NCBI GenBank assembly: GCA_040830765.1
Contig: JBFOMH010000027.1
Location: 37,273-101,272 of the forward strand
DNA from: Puniceicoccaceae bacterium
GTDB taxonomy: Bacteria > Verrucomicrobiota > Verrucomicrobiia > Opitutales > Oceanipulchritudinaceae
Direction: 5' to 3'
Length of the DNA: 64,000 nt
Of the stretch, positions 1 through 9,273 are shown piece by piece. The position numbers and the translations under genes were made by a program. Each line of letters starts with the position of its first letter. Positions within the stretch are counted from its first letter, which is position 1. Below the pieces are notes generated by a model. The model did no database searches and was not told the DNA's origin. It saw only the letters and a list, made by a program, of their open reading frames with translations.

Positions 1-657
1 GGGGCCGACCTCCCGATAGTCGCCGGTCTCAGGATCGATCGCGATGATGTGAGGACGAACAACGCGAACCAGGGCCGCAAGCGAGCCATCGTCACCTGCG
101 AGTGGATAGAGGTACTTGTCGCTCTCGGACATGCGCCCGAAGGGGGTGAGGGTTTTCGTTTCCGGATCGAATTTTGTCAGGCTGGCTTCCGGATAAGCAC
201 CGATCCAAATGGCTCCGTCCAGTGATTCGGTGATGCCGGTTGGAAAGGTCACCCCTTCGGAAATCAGCCCGAGATCCTCGATCCCTTTTTCAGGGTGATT
301 CGGATCGAATTGATGAAGGTGTCCATCCCAGGCAGATCCGATGTAGAGAATGCCCGTCTGCAAACTGCGGAAAGTCGCCGTCGAGAAACTTGAGTTCTTC
401 CGATCCTGAACCGCGTACTGGGTGCAGTGTCCCGTATCCAAGTCGATATCGATAACAAAGAGCCCTCCGTTGGTCTGACTCATTGTGGCGAGGAGCGACG
501 GCTTCCCATCGGCAGTTTGCCCCGCGTGAAGGCGCACCCAACTCACGCCTTTTACCGGGATGCCCAAGTCCCGGGCTTCTGGCATGGGTGCTGTACCGGC
601 CATGAGGACGGGCGAGGTCAGGAGAAGAAAAGCGAGACGAATTACCAATTTCACCAT
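1..657 (-). CDS. Secreted beta-propeller-like protein (5' part; runs off the window edge)
   Basis: Not in the ORF track. Manual translation from ATG at 657 is open to position 1: MVKLVIRLAFLLLTSPVLMAG (signal peptide), then LYIGSAWDGHLHQFDP, IWIGAYPEASLTKFDPET and IIAIDPETG, which look like propeller blades. Confidence 0.7.
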   Translation of the reverse strand, partial: MVKLVIRLAFLLLTSPVLMAGTAPMPEARDLGIPVKGVSWVRLHAGQTADGKPSLLATMSQTNGGLFVIDIDLDTGHCTQYAVQDRKNSSFSTATFRSLQTGILYIGSAWDGHLHQFDPNHPEKGIEDLGLISEGVTFPTGITESLDGAIWIGAYPEASLTKFDPETKTLTPFGRMSESDKYLYPLAGDDGSLAALVRVVRPHIIAIDPETGDYREVGP

Positions 658-745
658 CCCTTAGTCTTAGGACACTCCCCCGAGCACAGCTACCTGTATT
701 ACCCGTTTCCGGTAAAGCACGATGACCAGTACTCCGCAGCGGACT

Positions 746-1522
746 CTACATGAACTTTTTGGACTTCAGTAATTCCAGGAACATCGCCGAGACGGTTTCA
801 TGCCGTTTCTTGGAATACTTCAGTTCGGAGGTGTAGAAGTGGGCGACCTTGGTAATGTTGGCCGCTTCCAGTTTTTCGAGCATGCCGGAAATTTGGCCGT
901 AGCGGGCCCATGCCTGTTTTTCGAATTTCCGGTACAAATCGGTGATTTCCTCATCGGTTTTTCTGTCGTAGGCCTCTTCATGAATGATGGTCGCGAGGGG
1001 GAGTCGGTTGCGGACTTCGGGGACCTCCTCATCGGGGTAGCCGACGACGAGGCTGGTCACCGGGACGACGGTTTCCGGCAGCTTGAGATGCTCGGAAATC
1101 TTGTCCGCTGACCAGAGGGTGGTTCCCATGTAACAGATGCCGAGGCCATGCGACTCGGCGGCAATGGCCACATTCTGCGCCGCAATGAGGGCGTCGGCCA
1201 TGCCGGTGAGGAATCCGAGGAAGTCGTCGAAGGAGCCTTTGGCCTCGTTAATTTTCAGCCATCGACGAATCCGGTAGAAGTCCGAACAGAAGGTCAGGAC
1301 AACCGGTGCCTGGAGGATCATCTTCTGGCGGGAGTGCAATTCATAGAGCTTTTCCCGGCTCGCGCGTTCCTTTGAAATGACAACGCTCCAGCTTTGCAAA
1401 TTCCCCGAGCTGGAAGCCCGTTGGCCACAATAGATGAGGTCCTTGAGGAGGGCATCATCGATCGGGGTCGATTTGTACCGTCGGATGGATCTATGGCTTT
1501 TGAGATGGTCTGGAATTTCCAT
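746..1522 (-). CDS. Nitroreductase / NADPH-flavin oxidoreductase (NfsA/Frp-like)
   Basis: HRSIRRY, RASSSGNLQSWSVV, DALIAAQN, AESHGLGICYMG and LVVGYPDE..RNRLP motifs. Start taken at MEIPD (1522). Confidence 0.88.
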   Translation of the reverse strand: MEIPDHLKSHRSIRRYKSTPIDDALLKDLIYCGQRASSSGNLQSWSVVISKERASREKLYELHSRQKMILQAPVVLTFCSDFYRIRRWLKINEAKGSFDDFLGFLTGMADALIAAQNVAIAAESHGLGICYMGTTLWSADKISEHLKLPETVVPVTSLVVGYPDEEVPEVRNRLPLATIIHEEAYDRKTDEEITDLYRKFEKQAWARYGQISGMLEKLEAANITKVAHFYTSELKYSKKRHETVSAMFLELLKSKKFM

Positions 1523-1675
1523 GGATGCATGCATTACCACTGAAATTCGCTTTTGAAAACCAAAATGGAGGATGCCATTGATGAGTTTTTCAGTGGATGA
1601 AGAAATCTTGGTGAATTGGACATCCGTAAGCAGGTTGCACATTGAGCGTTGAACTTATGGAGAAGCTTTTCAATA

Positions 1676-4384
1676 ATGGCCCATTCAAGGTCTCAAATCG
1701 CCTCAACAACGCCGTCGCCAGTGACTCATCTACAAAGTATTATTCGCTGCAAGTTTAGCATGCTTGTCGTGCTAATCTGTATGTTTCTTCCACAGAGCGG
1801 ATTTAGCTCCCAGAATACGCACCCTCGGGTGATTGTTTCTACCGACATTGGCGGGACGGATCCCGATGATTTCCAGTCGATGGTGCATCTGCTCCTTTAT
1901 GCCGATAGCCTCGACCTAGAGGGGTTGATCTCCTCGCCTTATGGTCCTGGGCGGAAGCAGGACATCCTCGAAGTTATCGACCTTTACGAGCGCGATTATG
2001 TCAACCTTCGGAGACATTCGAAGAACTACCCCACGCCAGCGATGTTACGCTCTATCACGATGCAGGGCGAAATCGAGGTTGCTCCATACGCTGGCTTCCG
2101 GCAACCGACTGAAGGTTCCCGGTGGATCGTGCAATGCGCGAGGAAGGAAGATCCCAGACCCTTGCACCTATTGGTCTGGGGTGGCATTGAGGATCTCGCG
2201 CAGGCGCTGCACGATGCACCCGACATTCTTCCCAAGCTGCGTGTTTATTTCATTGGTGGACCCAACAAAAAGTGGAGTCCTGATGCCTACCACTACATCG
2301 CCTCTCACCATCCCGATCTGCAAATCATTGAAGCCAACTCCACCTATCGCGGATGGTTTGTCGGGGGCAACCAGGAGGGAGATTGGGGCAACCAGTCCTT
2401 CGTCGCCAGTTACGTTGCCGGACGGGGTGCATTAGGGGAGTTCTTCGCGACACAACTGGGTGGTACGATCAAGATGGGTGATTCGCCCTCCGTGGGTTGG
2501 CTTTTGCATGGGAATACGGCGGATCCATCGCAGCCCGGTTGGGGCGGTCGATTTGTCCGGGCTTGGGAACGGAAGCATGGTACTTTTCATCGGCTTACCA
2601 CGAAGGATGACCTTATCGAGGTTTTTTCGGTGCTCGAACTGGTTCTGCCGATCGGCTCCTCCAAGCAGGATAATTTTGAAGCTCAATTGCTTATTGAAAA
2701 CCAATCGCTGAAGGGATTTCTGGACGGCAAGGGGAATGTGCGGTTCCGGTTTTCTCCAAAGGCGGCCAAGACATATCATTACAGCATCCGGAGCAATATT
2801 CCGGCGCTCAATGGAATGACTGGCGAACTCACCGCATTCCCCGTTTCGCCTGAGGCCGCAAAGCAACCTGATACCACACGGCCAAACTGGTGGACCGACG
2901 ATCCTTCGCCCAAACTCAGCAACGCACCACACGATGGTACAAAGACCGTAAATCGCTGGCGCGAGGACTTTCTCAGCGACTTTGCGAAACGCATGATACG
3001 TTGCAGCGCACCAGCCACCCATTTACCTAAACCGCGTGTGATCGTCACCAGCGACGGTGAGGTGGATGACGAATGTTCCATGGTCCGATTCCTCCTTTAT
3101 GCCAACGAATGGGATATCGAAGGGATCATCACATCGAGTTCACAATACCATTGGCAGGGACATAAGTGGGCCGGGGATGACTGGGTTCAGCCGTACCTTG
3201 ATGCCTATGGGGAAGTGCATGCCAATCTGGTCAAGCATGACAGTCGATACCCTACTGCAGCGTACCTTCAGTCGCGCACTTTTCTTGGAAACGTGTCAGC
3301 AGAGGGTGAAATGGAGGCGGTGACACCGGGCTCGGAACACATCGTAAAGGTCCTCCTCGACGAATCGGACGATCGTCCAGTCTGGCTCCAGGCTTGGGGC
3401 GGAACTAACACCATCGCCCGGGCACTCAAGACCATCGAGGAAGAGCATCCCGAAAAAATGGGCGATGTGGCGGACAAGATCCGATTCTTCTTCATCTGGG
3501 AACAGGATGCGACATATCAAACCTACATCCGTCCCCACTGGGGCAAGTATGACATCCTGACGATTATCTCGGATCAATTTATCGCCATTGCCTACCATTG
3601 GAAGAGGATCATTCCTGAAGATAAGCAGGCGGTCTTTACCGGTGAGTGGATGAAGGAAAACATCTTACAAAACCACGGACCCCTGTGCGAATTGTACAAA
3701 GCCCATGTGGATGGGGACAAAGGCTATGTGGAAGGTGACTTCAGGTCCGAGGGTGACTCACCTGCATTCCTGCATACCATTGTGAATGGATTACGAAATA
3801 TGGAGTCCCCCGATTGGGGCGGCTGGGGCGGTCGCTATCTCAGGGTTCGCGAAAACACCTGGCTCGACCCTGTTCCGGAAACCGACTACGAATATCCTGA
3901 GGGGAGATGGTATACCGCATCAGCGTGGGGACGTGAACGCCTACGGGCAGACATACCGGATGACAAGAAGCTGATGGCGTACCTCAAACCCATTTGGCGA
4001 TGGACGGATACTCTGCAAAACGATTTCGCGTCGAGAGCCGACTGGTGCGTCAATGAATTTGCGGAAGCCAACCATCCACCGCTAGTCGCTCTCGGGCACG
4101 CGACGGACCTGAAAGCCCGGCCGGGTGAGCCTGTCGTACTGAGTGCGGCGGGGACGACAGATCCCGACGGTGATGAGCTCGAATATCGCTGGTGGCAGTA
4201 TCGGCAAGCTGGATCCTTTGACGGAACAATCGAAATAATGGATGCCGACAATCAAGACGCCTCATTTACGCTACCCGCTGACATCGGCATAGGCCAAACA
4301 GTCCATGTAGTCTGCGAGGTGACGGACAGGGGCACGCCACGATTAACCCGGTATCAACGGGTGGTTGTTGAAATTATAAATTAA
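1676..4384 (+). CDS. Secreted protein with two DUF1593 (nucleoside-hydrolase-like) domains and a C-terminal PKD/Ig-like domain
   Basis: PRVIVSTDIGGTDPDDFQSMVHLLLYA and PRVIVTSDGEVDDECSMVRFLLYANE; two GWGGR motifs; C-terminal DPDGDELEYRWWQY...CEVTDRGTPRLTRYQRVVV. Start uncertain. Confidence 0.82.
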   Translation: MAHSRSQIASTTPSPVTHLQSIIRCKFSMLVVLICMFLPQSGFSSQNTHPRVIVSTDIGGTDPDDFQSMVHLLLYADSLDLEGLISSPYGPGRKQDILEVIDLYERDYVNLRRHSKNYPTPAMLRSITMQGEIEVAPYAGFRQPTEGSRWIVQCARKEDPRPLHLLVWGGIEDLAQALHDAPDILPKLRVYFIGGPNKKWSPDAYHYIASHHPDLQIIEANSTYRGWFVGGNQEGDWGNQSFVASYVAGRGALGEFFATQLGGTIKMGDSPSVGWLLHGNTADPSQPGWGGRFVRAWERKHGTFHRLTTKDDLIEVFSVLELVLPIGSSKQDNFEAQLLIENQSLKGFLDGKGNVRFRFSPKAAKTYHYSIRSNIPALNGMTGELTAFPVSPEAAKQPDTTRPNWWTDDPSPKLSNAPHDGTKTVNRWREDFLSDFAKRMIRCSAPATHLPKPRVIVTSDGEVDDECSMVRFLLYANEWDIEGIITSSSQYHWQGHKWAGDDWVQPYLDAYGEVHANLVKHDSRYPTAAYLQSRTFLGNVSAEGEMEAVTPGSEHIVKVLLDESDDRPVWLQAWGGTNTIARALKTIEEEHPEKMGDVADKIRFFFIWEQDATYQTYIRPHWGKYDILTIISDQFIAIAYHWKRIIPEDKQAVFTGEWMKENILQNHGPLCELYKAHVDGDKGYVEGDFRSEGDSPAFLHTIVNGLRNMESPDWGGWGGRYLRVRENTWLDPVPETDYEYPEGRWYTASAWGRERLRADIPDDKKLMAYLKPIWRWTDTLQNDFASRADWCVNEFAEANHPPLVALGHATDLKARPGEPVVLSAAGTTDPDGDELEYRWWQYRQAGSFDGTIEIMDADNQDASFTLPADIGIGQTVHVVCEVTDRGTPRLTRYQRVVVEIIN

Positions 4385-4603
4385 TTTCATTATATTTCAT
4401 TGTTTTTAAAATGCGTAGAGGAGGGTTGTTTTGAGCAAAAATCTATATAATTCATGAAATAAATCTATTATTTCAATTTAATATTCTTGAAGAACATTGA
4501 ATTCATCCTACGGTCGTAAAAAATGCCAAGAGTCCTGAGTTTCCGGGATCTGGCACATTTCGCCGCAACCCAACATAACCCAATTCAGTCAACGGAAAAC
4601 ACT

Positions 4604-6643
4604 ATGCATCCCATGAGACCAATACTCAGATTCTGGCGCCGGCCGGACATGGCCAAGTTTGCCTGGATTTCGGTCATGCTAGTCCTCGTGACCGGAGTAC
4701 CCCGGATATCTGCACAGGAACAGGAAGAGGAACGATGGGCGGGTTACCTGATCAATAGTTTGGGTTATGTTGCGACTCCGACTTCATTCCTTGGCCAGGC
4801 CAGGGTTAAATTCATTTCAATCGAACGACCATGGGAGTTTTTGGAGACATCCTGGGTGTACTCAGAAGGGATCGGCGGTTGGTTTTACCTTGAAGAAGTA
4901 TGGATGACGGAAGCGGGCTCATGGGCCTATGCACTGGAATTTGACGAGGACACGTATGACTTCAACTGGGCTGACCTTGGCTGGCTCTACGCCCGGAGGT
5001 CCGGAACCTGGGTCTGGGTGAATGAACCGGACAGGATCCAATCCGCAGGAAACGGATGGGTCTATATTCTCTATGGAGAGTCGCTGCCGGATGATATTGT
5101 CGTGACGAGTGAATACAGTGCCAATATGCCGGTTGGGAACGAAAACCTTCCGGGTTATTTGAACGCCCGGCCAGCCAATGAAGCGGAACTGGCTCGATTT
5201 GAGGGGGCCATGCACCTGGGACTGGAGGAACTGTTATCGAACATGGAGCCGGGACCAGACGTTTCCTTCCAACTGACAGAGGAGGGCATTGTCTTGCATA
5301 ATGCAGGTTTCGGGAACCGCTCCGCCCGCTTTTTTTATCATCCCCGAAAAGTGGGACTGATCGACCTGTCTGGTCTGCAAGGCATTACTGGGGAAATAGG
5401 GGTGACGATGCTCGCTGACGTGGATCTTACAAACAGCACGGGTGGCTTTTATTGTCACCTCCGCAATGAAGGGATTGTTAATGCCCTCAAGCGGACGAGA
5501 GATGTCCCGGATAATATTGCCGAATACTACAGTGACTTTTACGATGTCGGATCTTTCAGTCGCCTTGAGAAAGGCATCCAATACGGTGATGTGCTGCTTG
5601 AGAATCACGTGATTCATCCTTTCGAAGCGGCTTTCATTGAACTCGTCCTTCCCGCTCAGGCTACCGTGACCGTTAAAAGTGTCTTTCTTAATCTGGAGAC
5701 CGCCATTCGCGGATTTGCGGGAATGGAGGAAAAGATCACCGGCGGCACTGGAGCCCCCGCCGAGAACATCCACACCGTCAGCAACGTCCCGGAGATGCAG
5801 GAAGCCCTTCTGGCTGTACGCAACGCTTCCGGGCCATCCATCATCTATGTGGATGGCACCATGACCCTCGATGACTGGGAAGGCTCCAATGGCCAGTCCC
5901 AGCAATTCAACATCAGTGACAGCGTCCGCAATCTATCGATCATCGGGATTGAGGGTCATGCCGTGTTGGATGGAATGGGGTTCAAGATTCATGGAACCAA
6001 TGTTATTCTGGAGAACCTTACCATCCGGAATGCCTGGATGCAGGATGCATTTGAGATTAACAATGCTCGATACATTCGTGTCTCTTATTGTACCGCGGAG
6101 GGTGACAATGGCGCTTCCGGGAATCGATTTGACGAGTTCATCTCGATCAAGAACACCTCCCGTTACATCATTATCTCCTGGAATCATCTGCGCAACGATC
6201 CCCAGGGCCGCGGGATCCTCATAGGCAGTAATGACGAAATCGAAGCTTTGCCGGACCGGTCTATCATCATACACCATAACTGGTTCCAGACCACCGGTTC
6301 CCGGCACCCGCTTGTGCGCGGTGGCTACAGTCACATCTACAACAACTTCTTCGATGACATTGGTCGGGGAAGCAACGTGCGCACCTTTGCACGGACACGT
6401 ATTGAGAACAATTACTATTACAGTGTTAGCCGGGCCATTTTCCTGGGAGATGAGCTTCCTGAATTAAGTGGCAGGTATGAGGTGGCAGGGAATTTCTTTG
6501 AGGAGGTTGGAAGCGGTGGTCAACCAACTGATTCGACCGTAAGCCTCACTTTCGAGGATGCCTACACCTATGAACTGGATTCTGCAGATGCGGTTCCTAA
6601 TATTCTCAGGGCACAAGCCGGTGCCATTCCGCCTCTGGATTAA
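4604..6643 (+). CDS. Secreted polysaccharide lyase family 1 (pectate lyase-like) with a Trp-rich N-terminal module and an uncharacterised middle domain
   Basis: C-terminal beta-helix: ITGGTG, NVILENLTIRN, IIISWNHL, IIIHHNWF, SRHPLVRGG, HIYNNFF, RIENNYY. Signal-like hydrophobic segment. Start uncertain (4523/4604/4649). Confidence 0.8.
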   Translation: MHPMRPILRFWRRPDMAKFAWISVMLVLVTGVPRISAQEQEEERWAGYLINSLGYVATPTSFLGQARVKFISIERPWEFLETSWVYSEGIGGWFYLEEVWMTEAGSWAYALEFDEDTYDFNWADLGWLYARRSGTWVWVNEPDRIQSAGNGWVYILYGESLPDDIVVTSEYSANMPVGNENLPGYLNARPANEAELARFEGAMHLGLEELLSNMEPGPDVSFQLTEEGIVLHNAGFGNRSARFFYHPRKVGLIDLSGLQGITGEIGVTMLADVDLTNSTGGFYCHLRNEGIVNALKRTRDVPDNIAEYYSDFYDVGSFSRLEKGIQYGDVLLENHVIHPFEAAFIELVLPAQATVTVKSVFLNLETAIRGFAGMEEKITGGTGAPAENIHTVSNVPEMQEALLAVRNASGPSIIYVDGTMTLDDWEGSNGQSQQFNISDSVRNLSIIGIEGHAVLDGMGFKIHGTNVILENLTIRNAWMQDAFEINNARYIRVSYCTAEGDNGASGNRFDEFISIKNTSRYIIISWNHLRNDPQGRGILIGSNDEIEALPDRSIIIHHNWFQTTGSRHPLVRGGYSHIYNNFFDDIGRGSNVRTFARTRIENNYYYSVSRAIFLGDELPELSGRYEVAGNFFEEVGSGGQPTDSTVSLTFEDAYTYELDSADAVPNILRAQAGAIPPLD

Positions 6644-6714
6644 CGAGAGAAGGGTTATTTCTGTCTTTAAGGGATGGCAAAAGAATATCTCCACCCCAAT
6701 GGGAGGATCGTATA

Positions 6715-8262
6715 ATGAATCGTAAATTTAACACATTCAAACTATTCGTAATAACCTTTCTATTCTGTCCTGCACTCGCCTTTGCCGATCAACAACTTGC
6801 CTTCCCAACGGCTGAAGGTTACGGAAAGTACACGGTTGGAGGACGGGGCGGGGCGGTCTATGAAGTGACAAACCTCAGTGATTCCGGTGCGGGCAGCCTT
6901 CGTGCGGCGGTTGAAGCATCGGGACCAAGGACAGTGGTGTTCAGGGTTTCGGGTACGATAATTCTCGAGAGTAATTTGAAGATTTCCAATCCCTATATCA
7001 CGATCGCCGGTCAGACCGCACCAGGAGATGGTATTTGCCTGAGGCGGTATCCATTGATTATTGGCGCGGATGAAGTCATCATTCGTTATATCCGGGTAAG
7101 ATTCGGGGATGAATCGGGGCAAGATTCGGATGCCATATCCAGCAGATACACGAAAAACATCATCCTGGACCATGTGTCGGCCAGTTGGAGTGTTGATGAG
7201 ACGATGTCGATTTACCACTGCGAAAACGTTACCGTCCAGTGGTGCTTGATTTCGGAGAGCCTTTATCAATCCAACCATGCAAAATCGCACCATGGATTTG
7301 GCGGCATCTGGGGATCGAACAACAGCACCTATCATCACAACCTGTTGGCTCATCACTCCAGTCGAAATCCACGCTTCGCATCAGGATGTGGAAATACGGA
7401 CTACCGGAATAACGTGGTTTACAACTGGGGTTACAATAGTTGCTACGGGGGAGAAAAGGTGCAAAGCGGCAGTTCAGAATTTGTCTTCACCAATATCAAC
7501 ATGGTAGCGAATTATTATAAACCAGGCCCAGCGACCAAACCCGGAGATGTCACCCACCGGATTGCGGGTCCATCCACGCGCGATGGGGATGCTGATTACG
7601 GAAAGTGGTATATCGCCGAAAATGTCGTCGAGGGCAACGCCACCGTAACAGCCGATAACTGGAATGGAGGTGTGCAACCCTCCCTGCCAGTGCTGAAACT
7701 CGCTCATCCCTGGCCATCCATGGCGATTAACCAGCAAACCGCGGACGAGGCTTATCTTGCTGTTCTTGAAAATGCAGGTGCAACCTTGCCCAAACGGGAT
7801 GCCATCGATGCGCGCATTATTGATGAAACTCGTAACGGCTACGCCACATATGAAGGGCCCGCTTATGAACAACAGCAATCCGTTCACGATGAATCCATGA
7901 AATGCGGTATCATTGATTCGCAGGAGGACGTCGGTGGCTGGCCGGAACTGATCAGCGCAGAAGCGCCCACCGACACGGACCATGATGGCATGCCCGATGA
8001 TTGGGAAGTCCTGAAGGGGCTGAATCCCGAAGATGCTGCCGACAGGAACCAGATTGCGGCCGATGGTTACACTATGCTGGAGACTTATCTGAACAGTATC
8101 GGATCCGGCAAAAGCGGCAATGTTGATACCGGAAGTTTCCTCGGGTGGGTCAATACCGATTACGCTCCGTACCTATGGGTCTACGCTATCAGTCGATGGG
8201 TATACGTGGAAAACTTTCCAGAAATATCCGCCGGGGCATGGGCGTATTTATTCAAGGCCTGA
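6715..8262 (+). CDS. Secreted pectate lyase (PL1, AFPxAEG-type) with a Trp-rich C-terminal tail
   Basis: Signal peptide; AFPTAEGYGKYTVGGRGG, IAGQTAPGDGI, IILDHVSASWSVDE, HHSSRNPRF, DTDHDGMPDDWE. Confidence 0.9.
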   Translation: MNRKFNTFKLFVITFLFCPALAFADQQLAFPTAEGYGKYTVGGRGGAVYEVTNLSDSGAGSLRAAVEASGPRTVVFRVSGTIILESNLKISNPYITIAGQTAPGDGICLRRYPLIIGADEVIIRYIRVRFGDESGQDSDAISSRYTKNIILDHVSASWSVDETMSIYHCENVTVQWCLISESLYQSNHAKSHHGFGGIWGSNNSTYHHNLLAHHSSRNPRFASGCGNTDYRNNVVYNWGYNSCYGGEKVQSGSSEFVFTNINMVANYYKPGPATKPGDVTHRIAGPSTRDGDADYGKWYIAENVVEGNATVTADNWNGGVQPSLPVLKLAHPWPSMAINQQTADEAYLAVLENAGATLPKRDAIDARIIDETRNGYATYEGPAYEQQQSVHDESMKCGIIDSQEDVGGWPELISAEAPTDTDHDGMPDDWEVLKGLNPEDAADRNQIAADGYTMLETYLNSIGSGKSGNVDTGSFLGWVNTDYAPYLWVYAISRWVYVENFPEISAGAWAYLFKA

Positions 8263-8403
8263 TTCTGTTTCCCTGCCAAAACTTTTGTTATCGTACCCAG
8301 TCTTAATCAAAAACTGGGGTCCCATAGCGGACGAAATACTAACCTTTCTCTGTTTTGTTTACAGTTTTAGGCACTTTTTTGGGTGAGTGTTTCAAGCTTG
8401 ATT

Positions 8404-8421
8404 TGCATAAATATTTATGCA
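8404..8421. promoter_or_regulatory. Perfect 18-bp palindrome, candidate toxin-antitoxin operator
   Basis: TGCATAAATATTTATGCA is its own reverse complement and ends 13 nt before the toxin ATG. Confidence 0.6.
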
Positions 8422-8434
8422 GGCTTGTTTTGGA

Positions 8435-8713
8435 ATGGAGTTCGAGTATGACCCGGATAAATCCCGCAGGAATGCCGACAAGCACGGGATCGACTTTGTC
8501 GATGGGCAAGCGCTGTGGGAAGATTCGGGTCTTCTGGTTCTGCCTTCCCGCTATCCGGAGGAGTCACGGTATTTGGCCATTGGGCAGATCGATATGCTTC
8601 ACTGGACGGCGGTATTTACTGAACGCGGTGAGCGGGTGCGACTGATCAGCATTCGCCGAAGCCGTCACGATGAAAGGGAACTGTATGAGCAAAACAAACC
8701 AGGACAATTTTGA
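8435..8713 (+). CDS. brnT: BrnT-family type II toxin (ribonuclease)
   Basis: MEFEYDPDKSRRNADKHGIDF...EESRYLAIG...VFTERGERVRLISIRRSR. Confidence 0.88.
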   Translation: MEFEYDPDKSRRNADKHGIDFVDGQALWEDSGLLVLPSRYPEESRYLAIGQIDMLHWTAVFTERGERVRLISIRRSRHDERELYEQNKPGQF

Positions 8714-8951
8714 GGAGCGCTTCGAGGCCGGCGAGGAGGTACTCGACTACTTTGAAACGGGAACGGTGCTGACCATTCACCGGCTGGCGGAGTTGTCAGC
8801 CATACTCAATCTTTCGGCCCTGGCGCGGGAGGCGGGAATTAATATTCAGACCCTGCAGGCTAAGATTCGTCGCAAGACGCCCCTCTCCGGTGAGGAGACC
8901 CGCAGCATTGTCAATGTTCTCAAGCGGCACCATCTGGCAACTGTGGCCTGA
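8685..8951 (+). CDS. Putative cognate antitoxin (BrnA-like acidic N-terminus, HTH-like C-terminus)
   Basis: Overlaps the end of brnT. FEERFEAGEEVLDYF N-terminus; LNLSALAREAGINIQTLQAKIR resembles a helix-turn-helix. Confidence 0.7.
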   Translation: MSKTNQDNFEERFEAGEEVLDYFETGTVLTIHRLAELSAILNLSALAREAGINIQTLQAKIRRKTPLSGEETRSIVNVLKRHHLATVA

Positions 8952-9058
8952 CTGGGTTTTCATCAAAACTGGCCAGCCATGAGCGAATCCGCGCATGCGT
9001 GAGAGCCGAATGGGGCTGTGCCCCGCGACTTGTCGTGCGAAACGCACTGTAGTATGAA

Positions 9059-9076
9059 GTCCCTCTGCAGAGGGAC
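9059..9076. repeat. Perfect palindrome immediately 3' of tRNA-His
   Basis: GTCCCTCTGCAGAGGGAC. Confidence 0.6.
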
Positions 9077-9080
9077 GAAC

Positions 9081-9159
<79 letters not shown>

Positions 9160-9273
9160 CAAGTTAAGGTGGGTAAGAGAAGAGGTAGGGCGGGGGTTGT
9201 CAATACCCCAATTGGGAAGAAAGCCGGGTAATTCGGATTGCAGGAAGGGGCGCGGGGCATTTTTCTCAGTGGC

